From Euprymna scolopes (Eukaryota), in assembly GCA_053919585.1 (NCBI GenBank), contig CM132785.1: 64,000 nucleotides of DNA; one strand, written 5' to 3'. The notes beneath the pieces are model-generated. The model made no database searches and was not told where the DNA came from. It saw nothing but the letters and a program-made list of their open reading frames with translations. This document shows positions 1 through 13,030 of the stretch, in pieces (position 1 is the stretch's first letter; each line of letters begins with the position of its first letter). A program made the position numbers and the translations under genes.

Positions 1-829
1 GGCAGAAAGTTCCACTGGCGTGCAGTTCTAAGAAAAAAGCTCTGCTCATGGAATCTACGTTTGGATTTAGGCACAGATAAAGAGTGAGGAAAATTAAACA
101 CGTCGTAGGTATTCAAATTCTCTCCAGGAATTAAGATTATTACTTGTGCATTCAAACTCTCCCTAGATATTTAAACTATTTCCTACGCATTCAAATTGTC
201 TCTCAGCATTCAGCCTCTTCCCACGCATTCAAAGTCTCTCCAAGAAATCCTAACTCTTTCTTAGGCATTCAAACTTTCCTAGTCGTTCAAACTGCCCCAT
301 GCATTCAAAACGTGTAAGGATGTGTACAGTTTAATGTTGATTATATTTTAGAGAAAAATGGAATCAGAAATTTAAAAAAAAAAAAGATTTCAACGAAGGA
401 AGACAGCTATAAAATGTAGATTCAGACGAAATTTCAGCTTGATCAACTTTGGCAATAGACCAATAAAACAATATGCGCGGAAGACATTATTTCCTGCCGG
501 ATTAAAACGTAGTCGAATTCAAATGAATGAAATAGTAAAATTCGTCAAACTAGACTCCGATATACACTTATGAAATATCNNNNNNNNNNNNNNNNNNNNN
601 NNNNNNNNNNNNNNNNNNNNNNNNNNNNNNNNNNNNNNNNNNNNNNNNNNNNNNNNNNNNNNNNNNNNNNNNNNNNNNNNNNNNNNNNNNNNNNNNNNNN
701 NNNNNNNNNNNNNNNTCCACGTATGAGCTTCCGCCATAACAACTAAGTAGCTTGGAAATTCATACATATGATTTTGCTGATAGTGGTGAAGGCTTTGTGT
801 AGAACCAACCATTCTTTTTGGTTTGACTT

Positions 830-1049
830 TTAAACTTTGTCAGTACAGATGACTACCACAGACGGAATAGACAGAAGACCGCAGGTTTTGCATCAGAGTT
901 TACTTCTCCTAGATGCATGTGTTAATGAAGACTAACGGAGTATCTCTCCCGGTCAATTAATGTACCCCCAGATACCAACCTGGAAATTTCTACGACCCGG
1001 CGCGGGAGATAAAGCACCCAGGCTTCTCAAATGGTCACCCATCTGGTAC
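830..1049 (-). mobile_element. 5S-derived SINE fragment (5' part hidden in N run)
   Basis: Minus strand GTACCAGATGGGTGACCATTTGAGAAGCCTGGGTGCT equals the 5S 3' half, followed by a body. Confidence 0.6.
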
Positions 1050-1265
1050 NNNNNNNNNNNNNNNNNNNNNNNNNNNNNNNNNNNNNNNNNNNNNNNNNNN
1101 NNNNNNNNNNNNNNNNNNNNNNNNNNNNNNNNNNNNNNNNNNNNNNNNNNNNNNNNNNNNNNNNNNNNNNNNNNNNNNNNNNNNNNNNCTGTCTTTCTTT
1201 TCTTTACCCGCTTCTTTCCCTGTTTGTCTGCCTTTCCCTCTTTCTCACATTCTCTCTTTTTCTTT

Positions 1266-1355
<90 letters not shown>

Positions 1356-1493
1356 GCGTGGTGGCTTCGCGCGCGAGTGTATGTGTGTGAGTTCGTGTGT
1401 ACGTGTCTACCTGAACTAATTTTTATATGTAACGTATTAACGTATGTAACGTTAAGCTACAAACATATACTTTTATTTCGATTGCACATAGAT

Positions 1494-1568
<75 letters not shown>

Positions 1569-1664
1569 TTTCCTATGTGTGAATCTACCGAAACTATTGT
1601 GTTTATAAAAGAGTGCTCGATGAACGTGTTTATAGTATGATCATTTCTACACAGATCATTAGCT

Positions 1665-1804
1665 ACATATGTGCTTACATGTTTCTGTAGTGATTTCTAG
1701 TCACTAGGTTAGTATATTGAAAGAACATGTTTCGATCTGCAATCCTGATGACGTAGGATTTCAACCAGAGATTACTACGAAAACATGTATGCATATGTTG
1801 AGCG
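1665..1804 (+). ncRNA. Decayed hammerhead motif with partial inverted copy
   Basis: 1738-1804 reads CUGAUGA CGUAG...CUACG AAA ACAUGU-AUGC-AUAUGU U. Positions 1665-1700 are an inverted copy that retains GAAAC. Confidence 0.45.
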
Positions 1805-2104
1805 AAAAATATTNNNNNNNNNNNNNNNNNNNNNNNNNNNNNNNNNNNNNNNNNNNNNNNNNNNNNNNNNNNNNNNNNNNNNNNNNNNNNNNNNNNNNNN
1901 NNNNNNNNNNNNNNNNNNNNNNNNNNNNNNNNNNNNNNNNNNNNNNNNNNNNNNNNNNNNNNNNNNNNNNNNNNNNNNNNNNNNNCAGGAAAAAAGAGGC
2001 ATATGTACCTATATGTATATATAGGTGTGGTAGATTTTATATACGCATTTACGTGTAACTATATGTGCTGGTATGCACGTATGTATGTATTTCTCTTGTT
2101 TTAA

Positions 2105-4530
2105 TTTTCTCATCATGATTGGGCATCCTATTGGATGCCAGAAATATACTCACAGTTTCACTCACTCCAACCGAGAGATCCTCTTACGATTCTAACCGTT
2201 TTTTTTGGGGGGGGGGGTACAATTGTTTGCATATCTCTTGCATTCCGTTTACTGGGTGTATTCCACAGGTAATATTTGATTTTTTTTCATGAGTCAGGTT
2301 GCTCCGGTAATTACTGGAATGATCGAGATCTTCCTAAAAATTCCAATTTCTTTTCATATCATATATAAGACATAGGTATTACGTTATCTTGTCTTCCTCA
2401 GCTCCGTTAAGAACAGCATCGGTAGGAATAGATACTTTAACTACAGTTGCTACTTTATCCCTATATTCCATTTTCTAGGTACATTGCTATATGAATTTCA
2501 TAGTCATAATGGATGATGTGCGACTTTGTTCAAACTATTCTTTCTGGCTTCCACGACTTGGTGCTGCACTGGATATTCAGCGTTTTACAGCTTTTCCAGT
2601 GGAGATATCTACACACTCCATTACATCGTATTGTATGATAACCGTCCCCCGTCAGAACTTTAAAACTTGATGTCAGGTAGCTCATACTTTCTAATTCTGT
2701 GTGGCAGAACGTGCATTTGTTATTACTGAAATCCATCATTTTTTTTAATTATTGGTCATCAAGCCTTCATTTTCGACAGCCACTATCATTCTCTCCTGAA
2801 CTTAGTTAAGCAATCATCTTTTCAGCCAGCCTATAGAGTCTTCTTTATATATTCCTAAGCTAATTCATCTAGGAAATATTTGGAATGCAGTTGGTTGGAC
2901 CATTCTTCTACTTTTCTGTTGTGGAATGTCTTCGTGTATTTTAATCAGCTCTTCTGAGCTATTTCCGTTGCAGGCTTGTTTTCTCTTTTTGTGTCTTTTT
3001 GTAAAAAAGTCTTGTACCAAATGTTGAGCTAGTGTTTTATCGAGGTAATTCTATGCCACAATCACGTTGATACACCGGTTCTAGCCAGATCACTGAAGTT
3101 AAGTAACGATGAGCCTGGCCAGTACTAGATGGGTGACCATTTTTAAAGGCTATGCGCTGTATGCAACACGCCGAGTCGTACAAATTTCCATGTTGGTATT
3201 TGGGAGCGCTTTTAACTCACGGGGGAAAATACACCCCCGAAGTAAGAGGGAAAGCAAAGGGGAAACTATTGTCTACTTGTTTTTCCGGGATTAACATGGC
3301 TCTACAATTTGGATAAAGTTCTACTGGCTTTTGTTTCTTAGTGTTCAAATACAATCTTAAGGCTTGGTGTCTAGGAGCTCATCAAATATTGCCTGGTGCT
3401 CACTATAGTGGCTCGGTGTTGGTGGTCAATCGCTAAGAGACCGATTCCATCTGCTTTTCTGTGCAGATACAGCTATGGTAGACACTGGTTTCTGTAGATT
3501 ACTCTCTACAGTGTCAGCATTTTTCTTGTTTTACTGTCTGACCTGTTGTCTTTTTGTGGCCATCTAATAATTCCAAAGCTGTCTGTTACTACTCGCATGG
3601 CAAGTTTGTTAGTAGAAAATACATTGATTTTTTTTCCTTTTGTGAGCTGAGCTTTGTAAATCTTTCGTACCTGCCCTGCATATTCTAGACCTGTTTTTAT
3701 CTCATTTTGCCATGTTGAATTGAATCGTTTTCTTCTATACCAAGCTATTTATACTATTTGTGTTCTTTAAGGTCTTTGCTGTCAGTACATTCATCAAGCT
3801 GTGTGTTTTCTGTTGAACCTTCTTCCCAGCTTTAATATCGTTTGAGAATGTACATACAATCTGTAAGATTTGACTTAAGTAGACATCTGAACTGGCATAC
3901 AGCTTGAGGTCATCCAGGAAAATTAGGTGATTGTTTTGCGTCATGTTTGCTGAGATGGGTCAGGTTGTAGGCACACCGACTTTTATTAAGTAGATTACTT
4001 AGCGGATGTGTCGCCAAGCAAAGATGATAAACTATCTCCTTAAAAATTATTTTCATATCTCTATTCTATTGTTATTCTCCCATTATTGTTGTTTAATGTC
4101 ATGGTTATCTGCCACGTCTTTATGTGCTCATCCATGGTTTTCTTAATTATGAAATGGATCTTATATAAGTCAAGCATCGAAGTAGTCACGTGTGGGGACA
4201 CTATAATATGCCTTTTGACAATCAATCCAAGCTATGTTTAGGTTCCTCTGTATCCTCCTTGTCCGCAGGAATGATCTTATTAATCAACAACTGGTCATTA
4301 GTGCCTAAGCACTTTCTTTCTGAACCTTTATTGTTCTTTTTTCATATATGCGCTAGAGGTGTTGATAGAGGTTGTTTCCAACCAGGCTTATGAAGAGCCT
4401 GTTAACTCGTAGTGAGACAGCAGATGGGTCTATATTCATGAAGGCGCTGTGTCTCACTCGATTCAGGTATGAGATTAGTATCTTTTTAATGCACATGCTG
4501 GTTTGTCCTCCTCACCCTTCAACTGTCTGG
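2105..4530 (-). mobile_element. Decayed R4/Dong-type (RLE) non-LTR retrotransposon: RT, CCHC finger, RLE remnant
   Basis: HLIFLDDLKLYA (RT catalytic DD, 3735-3944) and KCTFCHTELESMSYLTS...RCNGVCRYLHW (2530-2739); many stops and frameshifts. Confidence 0.8.
3050..3295 (+). mobile_element. 5S rRNA-derived SINE (SINE3-type) or 5S pseudogene inserted in a LINE fragment
   Basis: 3052-3165 matches the animal 5S pattern (CACGTTGATACACCGGTTCT...GATCACTGAAGTTAAG...AGTACTAGATGGGTGACC...GCTGTA), followed by a non-5S body. Confidence 0.8.
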
Positions 4531-6224
4531 TGAAGCAGCTACTATAATGATTATGTAGTGCTGTTAGTTTTTAATTACTTTGTTGTTGTTGTTGTTGTTG
4601 TTGTTGTTCTCCTTCTTCTTCTTCTTCTTCTTCTGGAATAAGTCCAAATTTTCTTTAATCATTCCAGACGTTAGCTCTGGCTCTGGCATGTGTATCTGCA
4701 TGCAAATATGTACGTACTACGATTTTCTCCAAATGATGGGCTGTGGTATAATGAATGTGAGTGCATCCGGGACTTTTCTCCTAACAAGAATCTGATTGGC
4801 TGGTTAAGCTATAAATACCAACTGATAGAGCCACATGGGAGAGACACCGAAAAGTACGCAAGTATTACGCTAGGAACACAAGTCTCAACTACGACACTCG
4901 TGCTGTACAGCGACTTACTAGATTAAGAATGTAGCAACACACACTGAGCTAGTTCAACGATATATATCCCTTTCGAAGGACATGTCAGGTTCTATTTTCG
5001 ATACATTATTTTTGCGATTTTATTCGTATTGATAAATTACATAATATTGTCTATATCATTTCGAGATCAATCTCGTTATTATTGACAGAAGTTAAACATC
5101 AGATTTCAATAATAATCACATAGAAAAAGATTAAACTAACAATTGCTATCTTTCATCAAATAGTAAGGGTATATACTTCTCCCCCGCCGTAAGAACTGTG
5201 ACACCAGGATCGGAAAGTGGGATTGAAAAAGTCAGTGCTCAAGAGAAGGAACCTTCTGATTCTGCAAAAGATGCATGTACAGCAGGGCGTCTAAAGCGAT
5301 GAGCAATAAATTGTTGCGTTGTAGGGGTGTTTATATACACGCGTATATACAATACTAAATAAACGTACGTTTTTTTTGTTTTTTGTTTTTTTACAAAGGA
5401 GTCACCACTTATCAAGGCCTGGAGGCCACTCGAGGATAAGAGTTAATGGGCATACATTAGTCAATGGGATTATAGCATAGTAATCATAAGTAGTGGAAAT
5501 TTTGTAAATTGGATTGTTTAAGGGGACGCTTCATCAAGAACTTGTTTACGTTGGACTTGAAGATAATCAAACGTGTATATATAGTTGAATCTTGGTATGT
5601 TTATACGTGTTTACGTAGCACTAACAAATGTCTGTTGTGTTCTTATCATAAACGGAACATATGTATGTATGTATGTATGAATGTATGTACGTTGTGTAAT
5701 GGACTGTTGTGCTTAGATCCTTAATGTCTATTTTACGGCCCGTGATTCGTCTCATCTAGTAACGTTGGGGCGTGCATGTCAGAACATATAATACATGACA
5801 TGTCTGTTTTTTCTGCTCCTCCAGGGGGATTCGCCAACGTTTTGGGGAGCTGGATTCTGTTTAAAGCGAACGCTTCAGGACACACACAAGACGCTGTATG
5901 TTTTTATAAGCATATTTTTTATTCACTCTCAAGCATTTCGTCATAGCAGAATTGAAATGAATGGCTTGAGGTGATTCTTCTACGTCTCCATTTTGAGTTC
6001 TCCCCCCCCCTTATGGGGAGACCCATTTTAGCCGTCTGTCCCTCTTGGCATCTCAAATTCAACTCAACGATGCTTGCGCAAACCGGAACATGTAACGTGC
6101 GACACGTTACGCTCGGTCACATGTTCGGATACTTTCCGGTGCAAACTGACCAGGTCACAAAGTTTGACATGTATGAGAACCTGTCAAAACATGGCGCTTC
6201 TAATCTTTGTTGTCAGCTCATCAC

Positions 6225-6276
<52 letters not shown>

Positions 6277-6770
6277 CGAATAACACATAATTTACTGTTT
6301 CTGCCCGGCCACTCTCTTACAAAACAAACACTTCTCAAAAAGAGAAGGCAAATCCTGGGAGGATGGACCTCTAAAAATTGAACCAACATTACACTGCAAT
6401 CAACAGGGAACAGATCATTACAGGGATGATTTAATCTCTGTTGATTTGGGGAGCCGAGGATAATATCCCTCAAATCTTCTGTTTAAACCAAAACGGCTGT
6501 TTATCTTGTTATGTACACTTTTCTCATCTTTTTTAGCTGAGGAAGGGACATCCTACCAGATGTCAGACATTCAGCCGCTATCTCATACATTCCAGCCGAA
6601 GTATTCTTTTAAGATTCTAACCGTCTATTTAAGTACAATTGCTTGTGTCAATCGTGCACTTGGTTTATCGAGTATATTTATCAGATAGCTTTTGAAATTC
6701 GTTTTTATAAGTCCGGTTGCCGTTATAATTACTGGAATGATGGTAATCTTCCTAAGATTCTAGTTTCTTT

Positions 6771-6986
6771 TCATCATACATAAAACCTTGGTATTTCGTT
6801 ATCTTTTCATCATACATAAAACCTTGGTATTTCGTTATCTTTTCATCATACATAAAACCTTGGTATTTCGTTATCTTTTCATCATACATAAAACCTTGGT
6901 ATTTCGTTATCTTTTCATCATACATAAAACCTTGGTATTTCGTTATCTTTTCATCATACATAAAACCTTGGTATTTCGTTATCTTT
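6771..6986. repeat. Perfect 36-bp minisatellite x6
   Basis: TCATCATACATAAAACCTTGGTATTTCGTTATCTTT repeated six times with no spacers. Confidence 0.97.
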
Positions 6987-7104
6987 TCCCTTTCAGCTCT
7001 GTTTAACTCACCATCATGGAGGACACTAACTTCTAAGATTTCTTATTTTTCCTTCTTGTTCAATATTACTGCTTCATATTTATTTAATTAATCGGAATGT
7101 TTAT

Positions 7105-7540
7105 TGTGATGAGTATTATTTATTTATTGCGGACTATTATCTTCATCTTTTAGTTGTTATTTCACGACATTTCGGCTAACTATTCCTTTGTAAGGTGGTT
7201 ACCGTGACAGGATAGGAACTCCAAATCTCCTAACTGCATCTGGGACCCGTGGCGCAGTGAATAGAGACGTTGACTCTCTACAGTCCCAGGTGAGCATTGT
7301 GTGAAGATAGCGGTTTCAATTCTACCCAAAGCCGACTAGAGGCTTACTTGGCCAAAACGTGGTGAGAGGACAACAACTATGGAAGGCAGTAATTGCCGAG
7401 AATGCAGTTAGGAGATTCGGAGTTTCTATCCTGTTGTGGTAAGTACCTTACCCAGGCAATATGAATGGTTGGCCGAAGCGTCGTGAAACAACAACTAAGA
7501 AAGATGAGGATAATAGTTTGTAGTAAATAAATTAATCACT
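7105..7540. mobile_element. Inverted-arm element with central tRNA-like segment (relatives at 29620-30295 and 41440-41890)
   Basis: Arms 7105-7240 and 7400-7540 are imperfect reverse complements with CCGAAAYGTYGTGAAA-like tails. The centre has TGGCGCAGTG (A box) and GGTTTCAATTC (B-box-like). Confidence 0.65.
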
Positions 7541-7844
7541 GCTTCCTGTTAAATGGTTCCGTTTCCTAGGTACGGAACTGTAGCAATTCCGTAATTATAC
7601 TGGACGGTGTATTACTTATTTCCAACTGTTATTTCTGATATACGTTTTCAGAAGTTGTTGCTACTTTTGAAATTCAATTTTTTGCAGATGGTCCAGTGGC
7701 TATATTTATGCACTTACTTGTATTGGATTGTATAGTAGCCGTCCTCCAACAGAACCTTACGTGTCAGAATGCCAGGTGACACACACACACTCTCTACTTC
7801 TGTGTAGCAGAACCTGCACTTGTTGCCATTGGTGCGAGGACTCA

Positions 7845-8394
7845 TCTATAAATATAAAAGCGAAAATGTATGTATGTATGTATGTACGCTTTCCTCGATG
7901 TCCGCAAAAGGCTTCTTTCAGAGAAGCGCTCGCTCGCTTCACAACTTCTTAAAACTGTTTATATCATCTATAAATTGTAATATCTCGCAGTTAACCACGG
8001 AGCTCGCCTGTCTATTTAATTTTATTGACTTTCAAACGTTAATTATTCCACATTTCCCACATCGGCACGCGTTAAACTCGACTTAATCACAGGCCCAGAG
8101 CCAGTAAGTAACGTTTGGTCAATGTCGACTTCGTCATGTAGGTTTCATTTCGAGACGAGGGAGCGGGTTTTTAAAAATAAGCAAACCGATTTATTGACCT
8201 CATTAAAAACTGTCCCGCACAAAATGCTAACTGCTGAATAGCTATCGCTGTCACGTCAATCAAAAACGCGCACCTGTTTTTTTCACACTTTACTATTTTC
8301 CAACTGCGCATCGTCAAGGCTTTTTTTTCACGGGCACCTGTTTTTTTCACACACACCTACAAACACCCGGGCAACGCCGGGTAGCCCTCGCTAG
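7845..8394 (+). mobile_element. Complete non-autonomous Helitron
   Basis: A^TCTATAAATATAAAAG...(GTAT)n...CCCGGGCAACGCCGGG hairpin...CTAG^T; no TSD; inserted in the RLE LINE. Confidence 0.85.
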
Positions 8395-9469
8395 TCTTCT
8401 TATAAACATCAAACCATCACCCTCCTCTATTGATCATATCGAACTTTTTCACCAGTTTATAAAGTCTTCCTTATCGATACAGACTTGGTAAATTTATACA
8501 GAAAATACTTGATATGCTGTCGGTTAGCCCATTCTTAATTTTTTTTTTTTTTTTTTTTGTAATGGAAGGTTTTGGTATGTTTTTGAAGACTCTTTTGCGC
8601 ACTTTCCGTTATAGCCTTGCTTTGTGATTCTATGTATACCCTGTATCCTTTTTAGAATAATACTATCAGGGAGACCCAATGTTGTCCGGGATTAAATGAG
8701 GAACAACTATTGTTTCACATTTTCAATACTTTTATTGAAATCGAAATCTGTGAAGATGCCAATTTTACTAAGCTAATTAAGCTAATGGATTGGTTGCTTA
8801 ATCAAATCGTAGACCCAGTGCGATGCACCAGGAATAGGTTTCACATGCTATCTCCGCCGTAAATTAGTCCATATGCATTGTAGTCTATATTACACTGTAC
8901 AGAATTTGCTGTTTATTTGATAAAATTATTATTATATAATGGCTTGAATTAAAGTTTAAATTCAAAAGTTAAGTATCAGGGTTCAATTGTGCTCTAAACA
9001 GAAACGTTGATTTCGAACGCGATCTTGTCATATCAAAGAACCTACTTTTAATTTTATACACTCGGATATTTCTGCTTACGCCGTGATAAAACTTCTTAAA
9101 TGTACTTATGATGTTAGGCTGTATCAGAGTGTTAATTTTGGTCAAACTCAGACGATTCCTTCTTTAATCGAAATGTTTCGATACTTATCAGAGGCATTCC
9201 GATACAAATCCTATCTAAGAACTATCCCAGACACGTGAAGTATATTTCTATGAAATTTCCAAATAAATTGGCCTGGCAGTTTTGGAGTCCTTAGGGATCG
9301 AACTTGCACACACGCAGACACACACACAGACATATTGTCTTTTATATATAAATAGAAAAAAGTGATTAACAGCAATATGAAAGGCATAATTTGTCTCGTT
9401 GCAGTAGCGCCGAAACTATGGCCATGTACAAAATGGAAGGTTTTATTTCTTACATACAACCGATGTGAG

Positions 9470-9535
<66 letters not shown>

Positions 9536-9548
9536 GCATATTTGTTTT

Positions 9549-9594
9549 TTGCAATAAGTATTTCGCATAGTTTTCTATTTGCTCCTCAGACCAC
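9549..9594 (-). ncRNA. Hammerhead motif, intact core but decayed stem I
   Basis: CUGAGGA GCA-AAUAGAAAACUA-UGC GAA AUA-CU-UAU U^; stem I only about 2 bp; adjacent to (TA)n 9474-9532. Confidence 0.55.
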
Positions 9595-9947
9595 ATCCCA
9601 TTTTTACAAGTCGGTAGGATTTCTTTCCCTCTAAATATCCCTTACCCTTTTTCTGGCCTGGTACCGGAAGTTGATTGAATTTACAACCTAGAAAATGATT
9701 TTAAAAAAAAAACTGCCTTTCCTAACAATTCTGCAGAATAAAACAAAAAAATAAAAAAAAGATTTTAAATAAAAAAATAATAATAATATATTATCAATAG
9801 TTACATTCATTTTCTGTAAAAATTTATTGATATTTTTAAAACTTGTTTTTCTTTTTTTGTTTATTTCTTTTCATTGTTTTTTCTCATCTCATCAGTTCTC
9901 ATCTTTTCTATTTTTAGTCTATGTTACTTATTTCTTCTCCTTCTTCT

Positions 9948-10006
<59 letters not shown>

Positions 10007-10563
10007 TTATTATTATTATTATTTGTGGTGGCGGCGGCGGCAGCGGCTCACAAGGAGCTTTCACACAGGTTATCAAAGATCTCTCCTTGAAAACAACCTG
10101 TGGTGTTCCCTAGAAACTGGGCGACAACAAATTTCCCCAGAACTCTCCATCTCCTTCAATAACAATTCACAAATGAATTTGCGTTATCGCAACATCGCTT
10201 ACCATTGATTTCTCGCTGGCGGCGGCCATTGGTCTCCACTGTTATTTGAGTGACAATAAGCCTCTCCAAGGTCCCAGTTCTCTTCGCACTTGTCCAATGA
10301 AGATGTGGTCAGCGCTCTCTATTCGGTCTTTACAACCTCCTTGACCCTTCCCGGCTGTTTGGTATCACTGTTTTTTTTTGGGGGGGGGCAATGGGAAGGG
10401 GAAGATGGGATAGAGAAGTTATAGGTATGCAGCTTCAATGTTCTTGGTTTCATGTACCGCTTCTTCATGTTTTGTTTCGTCAGCAGTGTTTGGCCCGCGC
10501 ATGTGGCTCATGTGTATTAGTCTCCGCATTAAAGGTTTTTCTCCCATTCTTTATTATTATTAT

Positions 10564-10639
<76 letters not shown>

Positions 10640-10786
10640 ATAGCTGCGTGTTATTTATTTAGTGTGTCACGCTTACATCCCGAGAGACTGTCGTTTACTT
10701 GTTATGGCCTTCCATTTCTTGTAATGAACAATTTTGCAAAGAATTCTTCATAAGTCTTAGTCTCGGTTTCGATTATAGCCGATGAC

Positions 10787-10961
10787 TAGGGTTGTGACAA
10801 CAGAATATTCTTTTTGTCTTTTGACTCTCAAGTATATATCCGACATAGCCAGACACAGTCAATCAACCGAGAACCACATCAGTCTATATAAAAACATATA
10901 TTAACGGACATATACTCAAGCGTCAAAACAATGAAAAGAATATGCTGTTGTCACAGACCTA
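10787..10961. mobile_element. MITE with ~55-bp TIRs (hAT-like TAGGG ends); second copy at 27647-27825
   Basis: TAGGGTTGTGACAACAGAATATTC... / ...GAATATGCTGTTGTCACAGACCTA. Confidence 0.8.
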
Positions 10962-11156
10962 GTGACGGCACTTAAGTCATTTATTTTTTATAAATAATTT
11001 TACATAAGTTTTGCTTCCGGTTTCGATTATAGCTGATGGCACTCCAGTAATATATTTTTTAATAAATCATTTTATCAAGAACTCTTCATAAGTTTTGCTT
11101 TCGGGTTAGATTATAGCTGAAGGAACTCAAATTATATATTGAGTATTATATATATA

Positions 11157-11338
11157 TAGGGTGACCCCCAAAAGAACAGAGGACATTCAATTGTTTTTCC
11201 AAAAAGGCCAAACACCCTAGTGTTTTGATGTAATGCTTTGAATATAATAAACTAGTTATGACCAAAGTTTCATTTCATTCGGGAAAAACACTAAGAGGCA
11301 TAATTAGAGTTGGGGCCCGTTTTTTTTTTTTGGTAACC

Positions 11339-11341
<3 letters not shown>
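11157..11341. mobile_element. Tc1/mariner-type MITE
   Basis: TA-TAGGGTGACCCCCAAAAG ... TTTTTGGTAACCCTG-TA. Confidence 0.6.
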
Positions 11342-11407
<66 letters not shown>

Positions 11408-11874
11408 TTTCATAATTTTGGTTTCGGTTTCGATTCAAGCTGATGCACCCAAGTCATAAGGATATATTTTTTTCATATTTGAAATCGCAACTTTATAATA
11501 TATAAAACACTCTACAATAATATATACGAAATCTGCAAGATAATAAAATAACGTATTTAAGCGTACTTTACATTCGGGGCTACGCTGGGCGTCCCTGCTA
11601 GCTTAGATAAATACTTTTGTCATTTTAACAATAGAACTACAATAATATCTGAGCGTCTCCATTTACGCTGAACATTTACAGAATGTCAACATCAATATAT
11701 CACATATGGATGAGTCCCTTGTGGTATTNNNNNNNNNNNNNNNNNNNNNNNNNNNNNNNNNNNNNNNNNNNNNNNNNNNNNNNNNNNNNNNNNNNNNNNN
11801 NNNNNNNNNNNNNNNNNNNNNNNNNNNNNNNNNNNNNNNNNNNNNNNNNNNNNNNNNNNNNNNNNNNNNNNNNN

Positions 11875-13030
11875 ATCATCAAAAATTTCTCCTCGAGAAC
11901 AATCTATGGTCTTCTGTGGAGTTTGAGTGACAGGATGTTTTCCCAGTTTTCTCGTACTCTCCACCTCTTTCAATAAACTTTGCGAATTAATTTGCGTTAT
12001 CACAACATCCATTTAATATTTATATCTCGCTGGCAACGACTAATCGGCTTCACTAAAATTTGGATGGCTGTAAGCCTCGGCAACGCCTCAGTTCTCTTCA
12101 CACTCATCTAGTGCAGGTCTGATTAGTGTTTTTCCTCCTCGGTCTGTCCATCCTCCTTAACTTTCATGATTATTTGGTGTGGCGCCAATTGATGCCGACA
12201 CGTTTTTTGGGGGAGGGAGGGGGGGGGTAACTTACAATTATAATGTTTCAGTTTTCTTCATTCCATGTGGTGTTTCTTTGATTTTTTGTTGTACAACTTT
12301 ATTTCTCTCGTTGTTTCTATATGTCCAGTTAGCGTTAGTAGTTTACGTGTATTGGTTTCTGCATTCAAGTGTTTTCTTTAATATTTCAGCCATTTTCAGT
12401 AATGTTCTCCATTGTTTCTCTCAGACATCCCCCTGATTCCAATCTCTCTCATTTTTTTTTTCGAGATTGTTCTAAATGTTGTCTTGACTTTCTTCATATT
12501 CCATATTGCTTTCAGCTCTCTGGCCAGTTCCGTGTATTTGCTCTGATTTTCCGTATCCTTGATATTCCTTCTATGGTCTGCTAGAATAACGAAGTCCACG
12601 ATCTAGAAAGATTTTTCCTTCTTGTTATCCCATAAAATTTTGTAATTTCTGTTTTCAAGTTTTGCTGCCGGTTTGTTCTTGTACCATTTGTCTGCGCGTT
12701 CAATATGCAGCTGTTTGTATAATTCTTATTGTACTACTTGTTTGTCTAGTTTCATATTAATTTGAGGCTAATTTGCTGCATTCGCCTATTATGTGGCTTA
12801 ATATTCCGTCTCATTTGTGATAGAGTCTGCCTTTGCAGTTTTCTGATGTTTTGTAAATATTTATTTTGATATAGTTGGTTCTTTTTTGCAGTATCTTGTG
12901 CGGCTGTTATTAGGGATTCAGTTTCGCTGTTTAGGTTTTCTTTTCGTAGCCATTTCCAAGTGTTTTCGTTGGTCCCATCTTTTGTTATCCTTATGATTTG
13001 TCCTTGTAACTGTTATCGTTACTATTTTTC
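11875..13030 (-). mobile_element. Decayed RLE-LINE (second family) C-terminus and 3' UTR; relatives at 10030-10530 and 46825-47580
   Basis: DFVILADHRR...KYTELARELKAIWNMKKV; the same motif EFAVPANNRVGMKEKQKRIKYTELARELKGIW is at 47292-47567. The relatives end next to (ATT)/(GTT)/(CTT)n tracts. Confidence 0.75.

Larger units (their letters stand above)
6500..8660 (-). mobile_element. Decayed RLE-LINE 3' portion interrupted by a minisatellite, an inverted-arm element and a Helitron
   Basis: EKITKYQGFMYD (RLE tail); homologous to 2105-3045 and 35820-36990; continuous across the insertions. Confidence 0.7.

Noticed and set aside
108-310. Degenerate GCATTCAAA repeats (~19/38-bp period) as a functional array
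   Set aside because: Consistent with an old decayed minisatellite; no further structure seen.
3052-3165. Functional 5S rRNA gene
   Set aside because: Diverged, with an internal TTTT and substitutions, not arrayed, and inserted in a LINE.
6771-6986. 36-bp repeats as a CRISPR array
   Set aside because: The repeats are contiguous with no spacers, derive from LINE coding sequence, and the context is eukaryotic.
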